A program made the translations under genes and the position numbers. A model generated the notes under the pieces. The model searched no databases. It had not been told where the DNA came from and worked only from the letters and a program-made list of their open reading frames with translations. 64,000 bases of DNA from Octopus vulgaris (taxonomy: Eukaryota), in NCBI GenBank assembly GCA_951406725.2, contig OX597817.1, positions 135,470,001 to 135,534,000 of the forward strand, given 5' to 3'. Positions within the stretch are counted from its first letter, which is position 1, and each line of letters begins with the position of its first letter. Positions 1 through 13,344 of the stretch are shown here, piece after piece.

Positions 1-814
1 CACCTAATCACCACTAGCTTTCCCCAGCTCCATCCCAATCACTCCTGCTTCTCTTCTAAGAAGCAAGCAGCCATGTGACCCCTCTACAGCAAGGAACTTG
101 TACTTCTCTTGACCCTTCTTTCATCTCATCTCTTATACCTTAAACCCTGCCGCCATCTCCTGATGTGAATCTGCCTACTTTGCAGTTCATAATCTTACAA
201 GCAGCATGGCGACCCCACTACAGGTGCAAAAAAAGAACAGGACATAGGTACAGAAGATGCAAGTTCAATTCTCACAGGTAACCTTCAGGATCTTTTGAGG
301 TTTTTATCCAAGTGGTATTTTAACCCAATATATTATTTACAGCTTTATCCATTTTGAGATTAAGTCTTAAAATGATTTCATATTTCCCATAACTTCTACA
401 TTTTCAGGAACCCTTTGGCATTTAAATCCATCCACATCTGGCCAAAATATTCTACCTGCTTTGTGTCCAAACTGGCCGAATTTGACCCCTCACACCTACT
501 CTACAATAATGTAATTCTGAAACTAAACTACCACAGAAGCTACAAGATAATCCAGGATTAATTGAAAACAATGTGGATTAATAAGCTAATTACATTTGAC
601 AGGATAATCTGAATGCTAAAAGGTGAACATAAAACATACATGATATGTATAAACATAGTAAAAGAAACCCATTCCCAATATAATTACTGGTATTAGGTTT
701 GTCACAATTTGTAAGTTTCCTAATGACAGAGATCAAGGTCTCATAATATCGCAAGACTCATAAGGCTAACCCAGTTTCCAAGCTGTATAAGGGAGTGAGA
801 CCGCATCCCTTCCC

Positions 815-1200
815 GTGAAAACAGGTGACCTGATAACACTCAAAGCACAGATTCTGAAACTAGCACACATACAATTATCTGTGTGACTGGTTTGAAGAAT
901 GAGATCAACCCCCAACATCTGAGAAATACAAGCACATAACTGCCCTGCCTGGCAAAGCTACACCAACAGAGGTGCCATCTCCTATGAACAAAACAGGTCT
1001 GTAGGGCCACAAAGAAAATGCAAAGTGCACAATTCCTGGACCAACTCGTTACTTTCAGTCTCAACAGACCACCAATGCAGACCCCGACCTGCAGCAGAGC
1101 TTTCTGAGAATGCATTGGACTGATTGACCACAGCTGGACATACTGGGCCCCGTCTTCTTCTCACATTTGATGTTGCCCTTCGTCATCATCGATGACAACA
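815..1200 (+). mobile_element. Decayed RTE (BovB-like) LINE 3' end
   Basis: Frameshifted reading gives ...AWQSYTNRGAISYEQNR...PTCSRAF..IGLIDH, resembling the RTE terminal Zn-finger region; a similar fragment (WAGHVQHMEPSRLPRIMLYG) lies at ~12355-12417. Confidence 0.6.
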
Positions 1201-1837
1201 GATAAATTAATGAAAGTTTCGATAATGAGACAAATAGTTACTGTGATCAATTAATTTGAATAATTATCTGCTGTAATGTGTATTGTTGCAACCTTTAGAT
1301 TTTACAGTCATCATTGTGAGGGGTGGGGGTTACTTGAGGACATATTACAGAGTGACCAAAGCATTTTATGAATAAAGCATCTCTAACTCACAATATATTG
1401 ATCTTGTATTTTTTTAAATGTAACAAAAACACACAAAAATATTTAATAAGCAAAAAATTTGTAAACAAACATTGATGGAGCTTATACTAAATAATGTTTG
1501 ACCTTCAGGAAGAATAGAGGTCAAAATATTTTGAAGTTCAATGGAAGGAATTGGTATTGAAGAGAGTTTATGATTGAAGTGAAGACTATTGATTTCATCA
1601 GACCATTGAAATGATAAAAGTAATTCTTCCTTTATGGGATCAAAGGTGAAGAACTGCAAGACATTGCTCTCCTTGGTAAACCATTATTTATTGGTAAACT
1701 GAAGAAGACATCAAAGGGAAGTCCATGGTTGGAACCCTTTTGAATGTCTCTCCAACAATAAAGGAAAAATAAAACTAATTTCAATTAATTGTTGGAAGCA
1801 TATCTTTGTAAATAACAGTTTTTTGCTTGGGCACACA

Positions 1838-1879
<42 letters not shown>

Positions 1880-3693
1880 GATCAAGAGTTGAAGGGAAGA
1901 ACACAGAAAGGTGTGTGGTAAGAATGGAGGTTAGGGTAAGGAAGTATTCTTTAGGCTGATCGAAAATGGAAGGCAAAATGGAAGTCAGTTAGTGACAAAA
2001 ATTTAGTAAAGTCAAAAATAATTTGAAAAGTCATGGATTTATTCTGTAAACAGCAGACAATAACTGAACTTTGACAAAATTCCTGAAACCCCTGCTGGAT
2101 CCAAGAATGTTCTGGTCATGGGAAAGGAATGGAAGAAAACGGTTTCCAGTTTTCTTGCGAGAAAAGCAGAAACAAGATCAAAAGGTCATGAAGTTTACAT
2201 TGAAAGAGATGCCTAGTTTATCATTTCGCCCAGTCACATGCCCACCACGACCACCACTATCAGAAATACTAACAAATAATATAACTGCTTGTTTTTTGTT
2301 TTTTTTTATTCTCTAAATTGACTTGTCAACCATCTAGTCCATAATTAGATGTAGTACAGTCAAAGTAAAGAAAAAAGAGAGCATCAAATGGTGACCAAGT
2401 AGCACAGGGTAATGGGATGTAGTCTTGTTTAATGTGAACTTTTTACTTTCTCATGAATTGATAAAAAAAGGTTGTTGCATCTTTAATGATTAAATGCACC
2501 AATTGGCCTATATATTTTGATGAGGCTTACATCTAAAACAAAGTGTGCTACAAAAAACAAAATGCATTTACAACAAAACCAATCAAATTAAATAGCAAGT
2601 TTAATTTCTTCATAACAAACACATTTGTACAACAATAATTATTGTCTAAAATAGGTTAATGGATCAACAACGTTTGGTTGAAAGGATCAGCACGGACTTG
2701 AATGAGTGGTGCAGCAAATGACTTCCAATCAACTAAGTAGAGCAACAATGGACACACGGCAGCTAATAACAAATTCTTCATACATTTCAATCTGGCTACA
2801 GAAACAATAATTGGAAATGAAAGGAGTTAGGATTTCTTATTTCCCAAGAAGTTTTATAAAAGATGACGTTTTGTCATTTGCTAGTCTTATTTTCTTTGTT
2901 TATTTATTTTCCTTTTATCAATCACCAAAGTACATCATGTAACCATGTGTTGGAATATCAGAGTTCACTCTCAAATTAAAGTACGAGAGATGTTTAGAAA
3001 AATGTGTCGTCTAAAGAGAATACAACAAGAAAATGTTGGGGAGGTGGAGGTCAAAAGAGAGAAGGACAAACCATTTACGACGCCAAGACATCATCTAAAA
3101 GGATTTCATAAGGTATCTTTATATTATAAGTCTAATAGTCTAAGATGTTTGGAAAATCCCAGCTATAATTGAAGAAATGGGGAGATTTAGCAAAACCTTG
3201 AATCAGTTCTCTAAGCAACCAAAATACATATTTTTGGTTCAGTAATGATTCAGCCAGTAGCAGACTTTTTAATGTCATGAAGATTTCAAGAATGGAATGG
3301 TTGTTGACCGCTAACCTAATTTAGCTAACACCTACATTTTGTTTAGTCTTTCGCCATAGGAAGCTACTGAGAAAGCTAACCATTAACTCTAGTTCAAGAG
3401 AGAAAGGACAGGTGGCGCAACAAGACTGGACACTGAGGATGAGGGGAACATCTGGCCCAGAGTCACAACATCTGACTCAACAAAGCTCAAGCTGTTATAT
3501 AGGAGTCTTCTTGTTTATATTGCTGGGTGGCCCCAAGCAGCTCATGTGTCACAGCAGAAGGGGTCAAAACACCAACAGAGCTGCTTCACAGCCTGACGAG
3601 ATATTTACTCCTGCATCTGGAGATGGAGTTCAATAACACCCTCACTAAACAATATCCTTAGATTTTGGCTCAAACAGAAAAATGCCTTAATGG

Positions 3694-3728
<35 letters not shown>

Positions 3729-4204
3729 TACTACTACTCCAATGGAATAGAAGATTCTCCTGAGATTTATAAACTTAGCTATATCTTACATATGTACGTA
3801 TGTAATATACGTATGTATATATGTATGTATGTACATATGTATATGCATTTATATATATGTGTGCACATACATACCTACATGCGTTAATGAACTGTGTGTG
3901 TGTGTAACACAAAAAGAGGCAAAATTTCTTGTCAACATGTAAAGTAGGCATAACATGTGTGTGTGTGTGTGTGTGTATAATCAGCTAACATTATGACGCA
4001 ATATCCACACTAGCCATATGTACAGAACGTTTTATATATATATATATACATAACAAAACTCTATGAAATGTATGTACAAAGGAAATAGGGGGGGAAGTGC
4101 TACTGTTGTGTTTGCTATATATATTTATATATATACACATGTGTGGTTGGTTGGTTGGTTGGTTGGTGTTGAAATATTTTGACACTTGTAAAAGTAGGAA
4201 AGAA

Positions 4205-4243
<39 letters not shown>

Positions 4244-4257
4244 ATTGTTTTTCAGCT

Positions 4258-4413
4258 TCATTGGGCTAATATTGCACTGGGACAGCTATTCAGATGTGAC
4301 GATGGCTCGGTGAGGGGTAGACTGGCATCACCACCCAAATCTGTCGTCGGTGATGAAACCAAAGATGGGGCTTTCGATAATCGGACCACTTCTTGGGACA
4401 AAGTCTCCAGGTC
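4258..4413 (-). CDS. GRIPAP1: GRIPAP1 last coding exon (DLETLSQEVVRLSKAPS...SAILAQ*)
   Basis: tattttgcag| acceptor, 52 codons including TGA at 4258-4260; DxExLSQExVRLSK C-terminal motif. Confidence 0.92.
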   Translation of the reverse strand, partial: DLETLSQEVVRLSKAPSLVSSPTTDLGGDASLPLTEPSSHLNSCPSAILAQ

Positions 4414-5779
4414 CTGCAAAATACAAGAGGAAAATAAAATCATTAAGTAAAAGAGTAACAGTTCTGTATCAAATAGAGAAATAACACAGACAGCATTGCG
4501 AGAAGCCCCCGGCATGGCTGAGTGGCCAAGAAGCTTGCCATGCAGCCAGGTTCAATCCCCCTGCACAGCACCTTGGGGAAAATGTCTTCTACTATAGGCC
4601 CAGTCTGTCCAATGCTATAGGGAGAAAATTTAGTAGATGGAAACTGTGTAGAAGCCTGTTGTGTGTGTGTGGTTGTCTCTCCACCACCACTTAACAACCA
4701 GTGTTGAATTGTTTGCCTTCCCATAACTTAGAGGTTCAGCAAAAGAGATCAATAGACTTCAAAAATAAGCACTGGGGTCGATTTGTTTGTATAAAACCCA
4801 TCGAGGTGGTGCCCCAGCATGGCCACATTCCAATGACTGGAGCAAGCAAAAGATATGCTAAGTGGATTATGGGAAATAATGTAGCATCGTGACTTGCCAC
4901 ATGGTTTATGTAAACACGTGTAGAACAGTGATCGACAATATATAATATTTTAATGATATGCCACATGAATTATGAGAGCAGAGAATAAATTAGGGGTAAG
5001 AAAGAAAGACAATAAACACATCAGAATATTAATTTGTATTTTAACGATAACAGTAAATTAATTATAACTTATTAATGACTATAAAATGAAGACACCGATT
5101 TAAACGAGTCAAAACAATGCAAATAGGTAAAGGTAGATAACTCTGTTCCTTCTTTAGACAATTGTCCGAGCAAGAAACGAGATCAGATTTTATTGTGGTC
5201 CCACTGAGCTGAAGCAAGTGGGGTGAAAACAGGTTCAAAGAGGGTATTTGGATTTTAAGAGGACAACCAGGGCTTGAAGATATGAGCTCCTCAAAAGATT
5301 CATATCCAAATATTAGAATGCTTACAACTATTCCACATGTGTCATTAGATTGACAACAACTAACACATAGAGCGCGACGGACCACGATCGTGGCCGTCAG
5401 GCACAGGTCGACAGGCCACAATCGTGGCCCAGATAGATGCATTTAATTTATGAGCATTTGTTAGGGGTCTAATATCACTCAGATGCTCCGATACCCCCAG
5501 AATGCAAGAGGACTAATAGTTCAACTGACTTTTCAGATGATATAAAACTTGCCACCATTATATACTAAGAAGATATTTTAACTATTTTTTTGTTTTTTAA
5601 GTACACATGGTAGTCTCATTTTCATAAAAATTTGCTCAGCAGTCCATGCTTGTAAGTTCAAATCCCAGCGCTTTATGGGTTAATATTAACTCTACTTAAA
5701 ACAACTAAAAACTGATATTGATATTAATAAAATATTGAAAATATAAAATATGCAACATTAATATACATGAACATATTGC

Positions 5780-5983
5780 CTACGGTCTCGGTCATTTGTC
5801 ATTACCTCCATGAGGCCCAATGCTCAAAAGATGCTTTTTACGTGACACCGACAACGGCCACAACTATGATTTCACCTGGCTTGACAGGTCTTCTCAAGCA
5901 CAGCATATGGCCAATGGTCTCAGTCACTAGTCGTTTCTCTCTGTGGCCCAAAGTTCGAAGATCATGCTTCACTACCTCGTCCC
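5780..5983 (-). mobile_element. RTE LINE ORF-end/3' UTR fragment
   Basis: Reverse strand encodes WDEVVKHDLRTLG, the same peptide as the end of the 38416-39529 ORF. Confidence 0.7.
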
Positions 5984-6016
5984 AAAGAAATAAATGATTA
6001 TCTTATGAACTGCTTT

Positions 6017-6097
6017 AGCTTACTCCTGTTTCTGCCACAGGGTGTAGGGAAATCATAGTTAAGTACCTGAATAACACCTTATAGCTTCATCAGAACC
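6017..6097 (-). ncRNA. Minimal type-I hammerhead-ribozyme-like motif (Penelope-type)
   Basis: ggtt-CTGATGA-a-gctataaggtgt...acaccctgtggc-a-GAAAC-agga-GTA-agct; stems I-III can pair; A.A at the base of stem II is non-canonical. Confidence 0.55.
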
Positions 6098-6426
6098 TCG
6101 AATAAAAAAAAAAGTGTATATATACTCTCTTTTTATAAATATCAGTATTGATCTCCTCATATGCATAAATGTAATTCTTTTCCCGAATAAACTGCCCCTC
6201 AAATTCAAGGCTCTGATGAAGCTATAAGGTGTTACTCAAGCACTCAATCTATAAGCCCACTGCATCTTATAGCAGAAACAGCTCTAAGCTAATGAAGTTC
6301 ATAGGATAAACATTTATTTCTTTGTCATTTCTCTTTATTATAACTGCTCTATACTCAGCTAACACCTTCATTCTGGAACATACTTATATTGAGTTCTACA
6401 CCGGGTTTTTAGTCTCACTATGAAAG

Positions 6427-6474
<48 letters not shown>

Positions 6475-7185
6475 AGTAGCTGTCTATATTCATCATCATT
6501 TAAATGTTCACATTTTCGATGCTTTTGCAGAGATCAGATGGAATTTGCTAAGACAGATTTTCTACAGCTGGATGCCTTTCCTGTTACCAACGTCCATTTG
6601 TTTCTAAGCAGAGTAATACATCCTCCCCATGGCCTAACATGTTTCCAACGGAAGACAAGAAACAAATAACCTTGCTTGTATGACAGTGATGCTCATTTAC
6701 AACCACCACACAATGTCAAGACACGGGTACACACACACTCATCAACAGTATGGACACTGAATGATGACGATGACAATGATGATTATAAAACAACCTTCGT
6801 ACAGTTTCCATCTACCAAATCCACCCACAAGGCTTTGGTCGTCCCAGGGCTACAGTTGAAGACTTGCTCAAGGTCAGTGTTTTCTACTCTAGCCCTGGGC
6901 CAACAAAACCTAAAACTTATAAAAAGAGCTCAAGACCACAACAAGCCCTGCATCAGCAATATAATATATCTCTGGAGAAATAAAGATCCATCGGAGCCGC
7001 AGATGTGAAGTGTGGATACACTTTTTTTAGGAGTGTCTGTATGGTAAGAAGCTTGCTTACCAACCACATGGTGCCAGGTTCAGTCCCACTGCATGACACC
7101 TTGGACAAGTGTTTTCTACTATAGCCTCAGGATGACCAAAGCCTTGTGAGTGGATTTGGTAGATGGAAACTAAAAGAAGCCTATC

Positions 7186-7241
<56 letters not shown>

Positions 7242-8100
7242 GTGTGTGTGTGTGTGTGTATGTTTGTGTTTGTCCACCCACCACCACTTGACAACTGATG
7301 TGGGTGTGTTCTACGCCCCTGTAACTTAGTGGTTTGGGCAAAAGAGACCAATAGAATAAGTACTAGGCTTATTCCTGGGATCGATTTGTTCAACTAAAGG
7401 CAGTGCTCCAGCATGGCCACAGTCTATTCACTTTCTCACTGAAAGGCTCCCTGTAACTGGTGGAGAAACACACTCGTGGCAGTGCCATGTAAAAACGCCC
7501 ATGTGGTGTGCTTTGTAAAGGTGCCAACGGGGTGCCACATAAAAACGCCCATGTGACACCACATAAAAACACCCGTGCAGTGCCACACAAAAGCACCCAG
7601 CACACTCTGTAGAGTGGCTGGCATGTTAGGAAGGGCATCCATCCGTAGAAAACCATGCCAAAGCAGGCACTGGAGTGTGGTGCAGCATGCCAGCTTGCCA
7701 GCCTTGGTCAAACCGTCAAACCCATGCCAGCATGGACAACAGATATTAAATGATGACAGTGATGATGATGAGGAGGAGGAGGATTTAACCATTTTATCTC
7801 CCATGTAAATATCACGCAATATATATTTGTTGCAGAGCTCAACAGAAAATTGTGATTGGTTAAATAAAGCAACGAAATAACAACATCTGAAGAGGTTTTG
7901 TCAGTCATGGTCCAGCGGACAAAACGGGAAAGGAATATTTATCGACCAATACAGTGCTGAGCACCCATTCTCACTATTTACATAGCATTTACATATACTC
8001 TATATTATACACACACACACACATATATATATTATGAATACATATGTATATACATGCATGTAATATATACATATATCATGTATACATATATATATAAAAG

Positions 8101-8329
8101 CGGCGAGCTAGCAGAAACGTTAGCACACTGGGTGAAATGCGTAGCTGTATTTCGTCTGCCTTTACGTTCTGAGTTCAAATTCTGCCTAGGTCGACTTTGC
8201 CTTTCATCCTTTTGGGGTCGATAAATTAAGTACCAGTTATGCACTAGGTTCGATATAATCGACTTAATCCCTTTGTCTGTCCTTGTTTGTCCCCTCTATG
8301 TTTAGCCCCTTGTGGGTAGTAAAGAAATA
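8101..8329 (+). mobile_element. tRNA-derived SINE family B (central gtcgactttgcctttcatcc..gataaattaagtacc domain)
   Basis: A-box ggcgagctagcagaaacgttag, B-box gagttcaaattc. The central domain resembles, from memory, the Nin/Deu-type conserved SINE core. Copies at 25067-25297-, 27810-28037-, 34697-35530+ (tandem), 42195-42405-, 43810-43972+, 49328-49525+, 63380-63510-. Confidence 0.82.
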
Positions 8330-8413
8330 TATGTATATATATATAAAATATCAACCACATGTGTATATAAACAAACTTACATTTGTTTTTTCCTTTGTAG
8401 ACTCACCAAATGT

Positions 8414-8712
8414 ATATTGTATAATACAGACAAGAAAGTGGTATTTTCGAATCCACTATCACCATTACAACAGCAGAACAATTGGGCAATATTACCCTTA
8501 CAAGGTGGAAAAAGTTGTCGCCAAACAGCCATGGGAATTGAACCCACATCCTCCAAGACTCTAGTGTCTTGGAGGATATGGGTTTGACTCCCATGGTTGT
8601 TTGTTGACAACTTTTTCTGCCTTGTAAGAAAAATATTGCCCGGTTTTTCTGTTGTTTTAACAGTGACTCTGTATTCAAAAATATCACTTTCTTTTCTGTT
8701 ATTGTACGATAT
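8414..8712. repeat. Foldback palindrome (~148-bp arms, no spacer)
   Basis: Arms mirror around ctag at 8561-8564 (cctccaagac..gtcttggagg; aaaaagttgtc..gacaacttttt; aagaaagtg..cactttctt). Confidence 0.9.
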
Positions 8713-8723
8713 ATATATATATT

Positions 8724-8756
<33 letters not shown>

Positions 8757-9642
8757 GCACATCCGAGCGTGGGGTGTAGCCAGCCCACTTATGAGTACCC
8801 CTCATTCAATGGACAATAAACTTTACTTGCAAAGAACTATTGAGGCAAGTGAAATCAATCAAAATCACTGACATGGCCGATGACAGCACCGGCTGATTGG
8901 CACTGATGCCAGTGGAATGTTAAAAGCACATCCAAACGTGATCATTGCCAGGACCACAGATTGGCTCCTGTGCCGGTGGCACGTAAAAAGCACTGTTTGA
9001 GCATGATCATTGCCAACATCGCCTTACCGGCATATGTGCCAGTGGCACGTGAAAAACAAAATTTGAGCGTGGTCGTTGCCAGTGATGCCGGACTGGCTCC
9101 CATGCAGGTAGCACGTAAAAAACACCTTTTGAGTGTGGTCGTTGCCAGAACTGCCTGACTGGCCCTCATGCCGGTGGCACGTAAAAAGCACCCACTACAC
9201 TCTCGGAGTGATTGGCGTTAGGAAGGGCATCCAGCTGTAGAAACTTTGCCAGATCAGATTGGAGCCTGGTGCAGCCTTCTGGCTCACCAGTCCTTAGTCA
9301 AACCGTCCAACCCATGCCATTATGGAAAGCAGACATTAAACAACGACGATGATGATGATGATACACACACACACTATTAACAGACAGGATGCTGTGGAAT
9401 TGTCCAAGAGAAAATCTCTACAGCAACAAGTTGTGTCAATAATAAAATGACTCACAAGAACAATAGATATGTTCCAGCCTTCCTGGGTGATTAATTCAAT
9501 GCTGTTTTAATTGCATCCTCCAAGTTAATTTCATAACATTGGCACAAACTCACAGATTTTGGGAGATAAATGAAAGTAACTAAAATTCTTCCATTCTCCC
9601 AGTAATTTAGGATTGGAAATAAAACAATAAGGAAAGTTACCA

Positions 9643-9870
9643 TTAACCTTCCAACATTCAAACTGGTCATCTCAGGGCCAGATATTCTGCCCGTTTCATC
9701 TTCAGACCTGCCAGCTCTGGCCTCTCACACTTAGCCTACACTGTCATTCTAAAAATAAACAATCATGTCACTGATGTCTCAAAGCTGTGAGATAATCCAG
9801 GATTAATTCAAATCAATGGGAATAAATAAGCAATAGATTTGACTGATTAATCTGAATGCAAAAGGATTAA
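9643..9870. mobile_element. piggyBac-type MITE, family 2
   Basis: TTAA at both ends with degenerate TIRs; homologous copy at ~409-627. Confidence 0.6.
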
Positions 9871-10134
9871 ATATCATTGGAAAGCGAAAGGGCCAAGGGA
9901 GAAAGAATTGTGAGATTCAACTCAACAGTTTAGGGTTTCAAAGAGGGATTATGGAATTTTAGTGGATAAATGGACTTATACAGCAAAAGACTGAATTCCC
10001 AGTTTTAAAGTCAGGTGTGGAGGGAGGGGCGGGGGGTTGTGTTCCTCACTACCTGACAACCACGGGCATATGGCGTAGTGATTAAGAGCGTGGGCTACTA
10101 ACCGCAAGATTTCAAGTGTGATTCCAAGCTGTGA

Positions 10135-10169
<35 letters not shown>

Positions 10170-11570
10170 TTTGCTTGACCTTAACCAGTTGACCATATCC
10201 CTTAGTGGCTGACGATATGTGAATCTCTGATCACGAGCAGAAGTAGTAGGGGAGCATCATAGTCGTGTGTTGAGAGGGATTCTTTGGGGTTTGAATAATT
10301 CACCTCTGGAAACATGGGTTTTTCGTTCAACATCCTTAAACAACCCTTATTCAGAGACCTTTTGAGTGGTATGGGTTACTCGACCAGAAGAAAATTCTTA
10401 TAAAAAAAATTAAAAGTAATGGAACCAATTCATTCATGTAAAAAGCCCAGGAGACAGTGCTCCAGCATGGCTTCAGTCTATTGACTGAAATAAGTGAAAG
10501 ATAAAAGATATCTGACATGGTCAAACAAATTGCTAGAAACAGCAGCCAAACTGCTATCTTGAAAAAGACATTAGATGACATAGTCTTAGACACATAATGC
10601 CCAAGAATAAGATGTGGTGGTCATAGCTGGAACAATACTGGACAAAGAGCCATCCAATCAACACCATCAAGGATTCAGTTAATTCCTTAACGAAGCAAAA
10701 GTACTAATTACATGATAGATTTAGGAGACAAATATTTGTTATTTGCTCCACCAGTAACTTCCTGTTGACCTCATTAATTCCCAGTGTCACTCAATTCACT
10801 AATTCATTAACAACATCACATGATTGCTCGTTAACACAAACATTGCTAATTAGAACATTAATAATGCAATATTCCTTCAGGTTGTGAGTTGACATAATTT
10901 ACAATGCAAACGAGCAGCAGAGTTTAGAATTAGCATATTAGCATATGCATCGTTAAAATGCTAATTAGCAACAATAACATTAGTAATATGCAAATTACGA
11001 CTGTAGCATCATGATAAATTAGTAATTAGCATATTAGTAATGTAATATCTTTTACAGGGTGTTAATTAAAATTTCAAGTGGTGGTGGAGTGGGGGAGAAT
11101 ACTGACAGTCACAAAGTTAGTGGGTGAGGCTGAACAAATCAACCCCAGCATATTACTGTTACTCAAGTTTATCGTTCTTTGGAAGGATGAATAAAAAAAA
11201 CCAACACCAGAGGGATTTGAACTCAGAATGTAAAGTGATGCAACAAAATACCACAAGGCACATCTTGCAAGTACTTGGTGACCCTGTCAGTGCAGGGGTC
11301 ACTTAAAAGCACCCAGTCTACATTGTAAAGTGACTGGTGTTTGGAAGGGCATCCAGCTGTAAAAACCTTGCCAAAACTGACCTCGCCTGTGCTTGTGCCA
11401 CGTAAAAAGTACTAAGTTCAATCTGCTGAGTGGTTGATTCTAGGAAGGGCCCGCAGCTGTAAAAATCCCGACAAAGCAGTCACAGAAGCATGGTGCAAAG
11501 TTTCTGCCTCATTGGCTCTTGTGAAATAGTCCCACCCATGCTACCATGGAAGGCAGACATTAAACAATGA

Positions 11571-11614
<44 letters not shown>

Positions 11615-11843
11615 TCTTGTGTCTGGGGAGAGTCATTTTTGTGCTTTATAATCTAACACACTCACCGGTAAAATTTCTGCTATTGCTTCAAGCTGAACAA
11701 AGGCCTTGTGGGTGGATTTCTTAAACAGTAACTAAAAGGTGCCATGCAGTGGAACCGTACCTGAGATCTCAGTGTTGATAAGCAAGCTTCTTAACCACAC
11801 ACCCATGCCTGCACCTAGAGCCGTCTTGTGTATATGTGTGTGC

Positions 11844-11898
<55 letters not shown>

Positions 11899-12882
11899 CA
11901 CACACACACACCTATATACATTCAGAGTGGTTGGCATTAGAAAAGGCATCCAGGCCCGAAATCAGATTGGGGCCTGGTGCAACCCCCTGCCACCTTACCA
12001 GTTCTCAGTCAAACCATCCAACCCATACCAGCATGGAAAGCAGACATTAAACGACAATGATGATGATGATGTATGTGCATGCACATGCATGTATGTGCAT
12101 ATGTGTGCAAGTGTGAGAGAGTGTATGTCTGTGTCCGATTGCCCTGACATCCTGTGGTAGTTGGAAGTGACTTGTCACGGTCATTGTTTCCAATACCCTG
12201 CAGAAACATGTCTTTCCATGGGGTAAATGTTACCATACTTGGAAACAGGGAAGGGTTTGCAACAGGAAGGGCATCCAGTCATAGAAAATAAATACCACCT
12301 GACCTGTGCAAGCATGAGAAAGGGAACATTAAAAAACAATGATGACATATATATCTGGGCAGGTCATGTCCAGCATATGGAGCCCTCTCGTCTCCCGAGG
12401 ATCATGCTCTATGGAGCATAAATAAATAAAGATATCATTATCTTTAATAAATAATATAAGTGACCAGCCAGCATTAAAGCCAACAAGGCAAATTCCTAAA
12501 TTTATAATTAATCATTGATTATAACTGAGGGTACACAAAGTACCAGCATTGCTAGAGATTAGAGTCAAAAAATACTCAAACAAGCCACCATTTCAGTGAA
12601 AACAGAACAGGCTGGCGAAAATCAGGGATCGGGCAAAATTTAACTTGCCATTGCAGCTGAAAGTCACAAAAAAAGGATCACAGATATACCTACATCACGT
12701 GATTTCAAACTTTGGGATATTTCTCTTAGTTCTCATGAGTAGGTCTTGCTGTTGCCAAGGGTTAAACTTATACTCGCTTCATCATGCCTGTCAAAATCGT
12801 TGAAGGACCAGTGCCAAATTCAAACGATATCAGTTCGTGCACCTTCAATTATAATTAATAATTAATTATAAATTTATATTTT

Positions 12883-13094
12883 TTTATTCTTTTACTTGTT
12901 TCAGTCATTTGACTGTGGCCATGTTGGAGCACCACTTTTAGTCAAGCAAATCGACCCCAAGACTTATTCTTTGTAAGCCTAGTACTTATTCTATCGGTTC
13001 TCTTTTGCTGAACCACTAAGTTACAGGGACGTAAACACACCAACATCAGTTGTCAAGCGATAGTGGGGGGACAAACACAGACACACAAACATAT

Positions 13095-13138
<44 letters not shown>

Positions 13139-13296
13139 GACGGGCTTCTTCCAGTTTCCATCTACCAAATCCACTCACAAGGCTCTGGTTGGCCCAAGGC
13201 TATAGTAGAAGATACTTGCTCAAGGTGCCACGCAGTGGGACTGAACCCAGAATCATGTGGTTGGTAAGCAAGGTACTTAACACACAGCCACGCCTG
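12883..13296 (-). mobile_element. tRNA-derived SINE family A (full length, internal microsatellite)
   Basis: A-box tggctgtgtgttaag, B-box ggttcagtccc, body gtggatttggtagatggaaactg, tail ccaacatggccacagtc..gaaacaagtaaaag. Other copies: 4511-4853+, 7030-7441+, 13345-13730+, 22469-22850+, 40493-40888-, 45920-46215-, 53835-54030-, 54735-54890-, 57545-57670-, 62675-63052-, 29580-29715-. Confidence 0.85.
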
Positions 13297-13300
13297 CACC

Positions 13301-13332
<32 letters not shown>

Positions 13333-13344
13333 AAGAGAGGCACA

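Noticed and set aside
1414-1659. 81-aa minus-strand ORF as exon of a downstream gene
   Set aside because: No recognisable homology, weak donor, upstream in-frame stop and no partner exons found; may be 3' UTR or intergenic.
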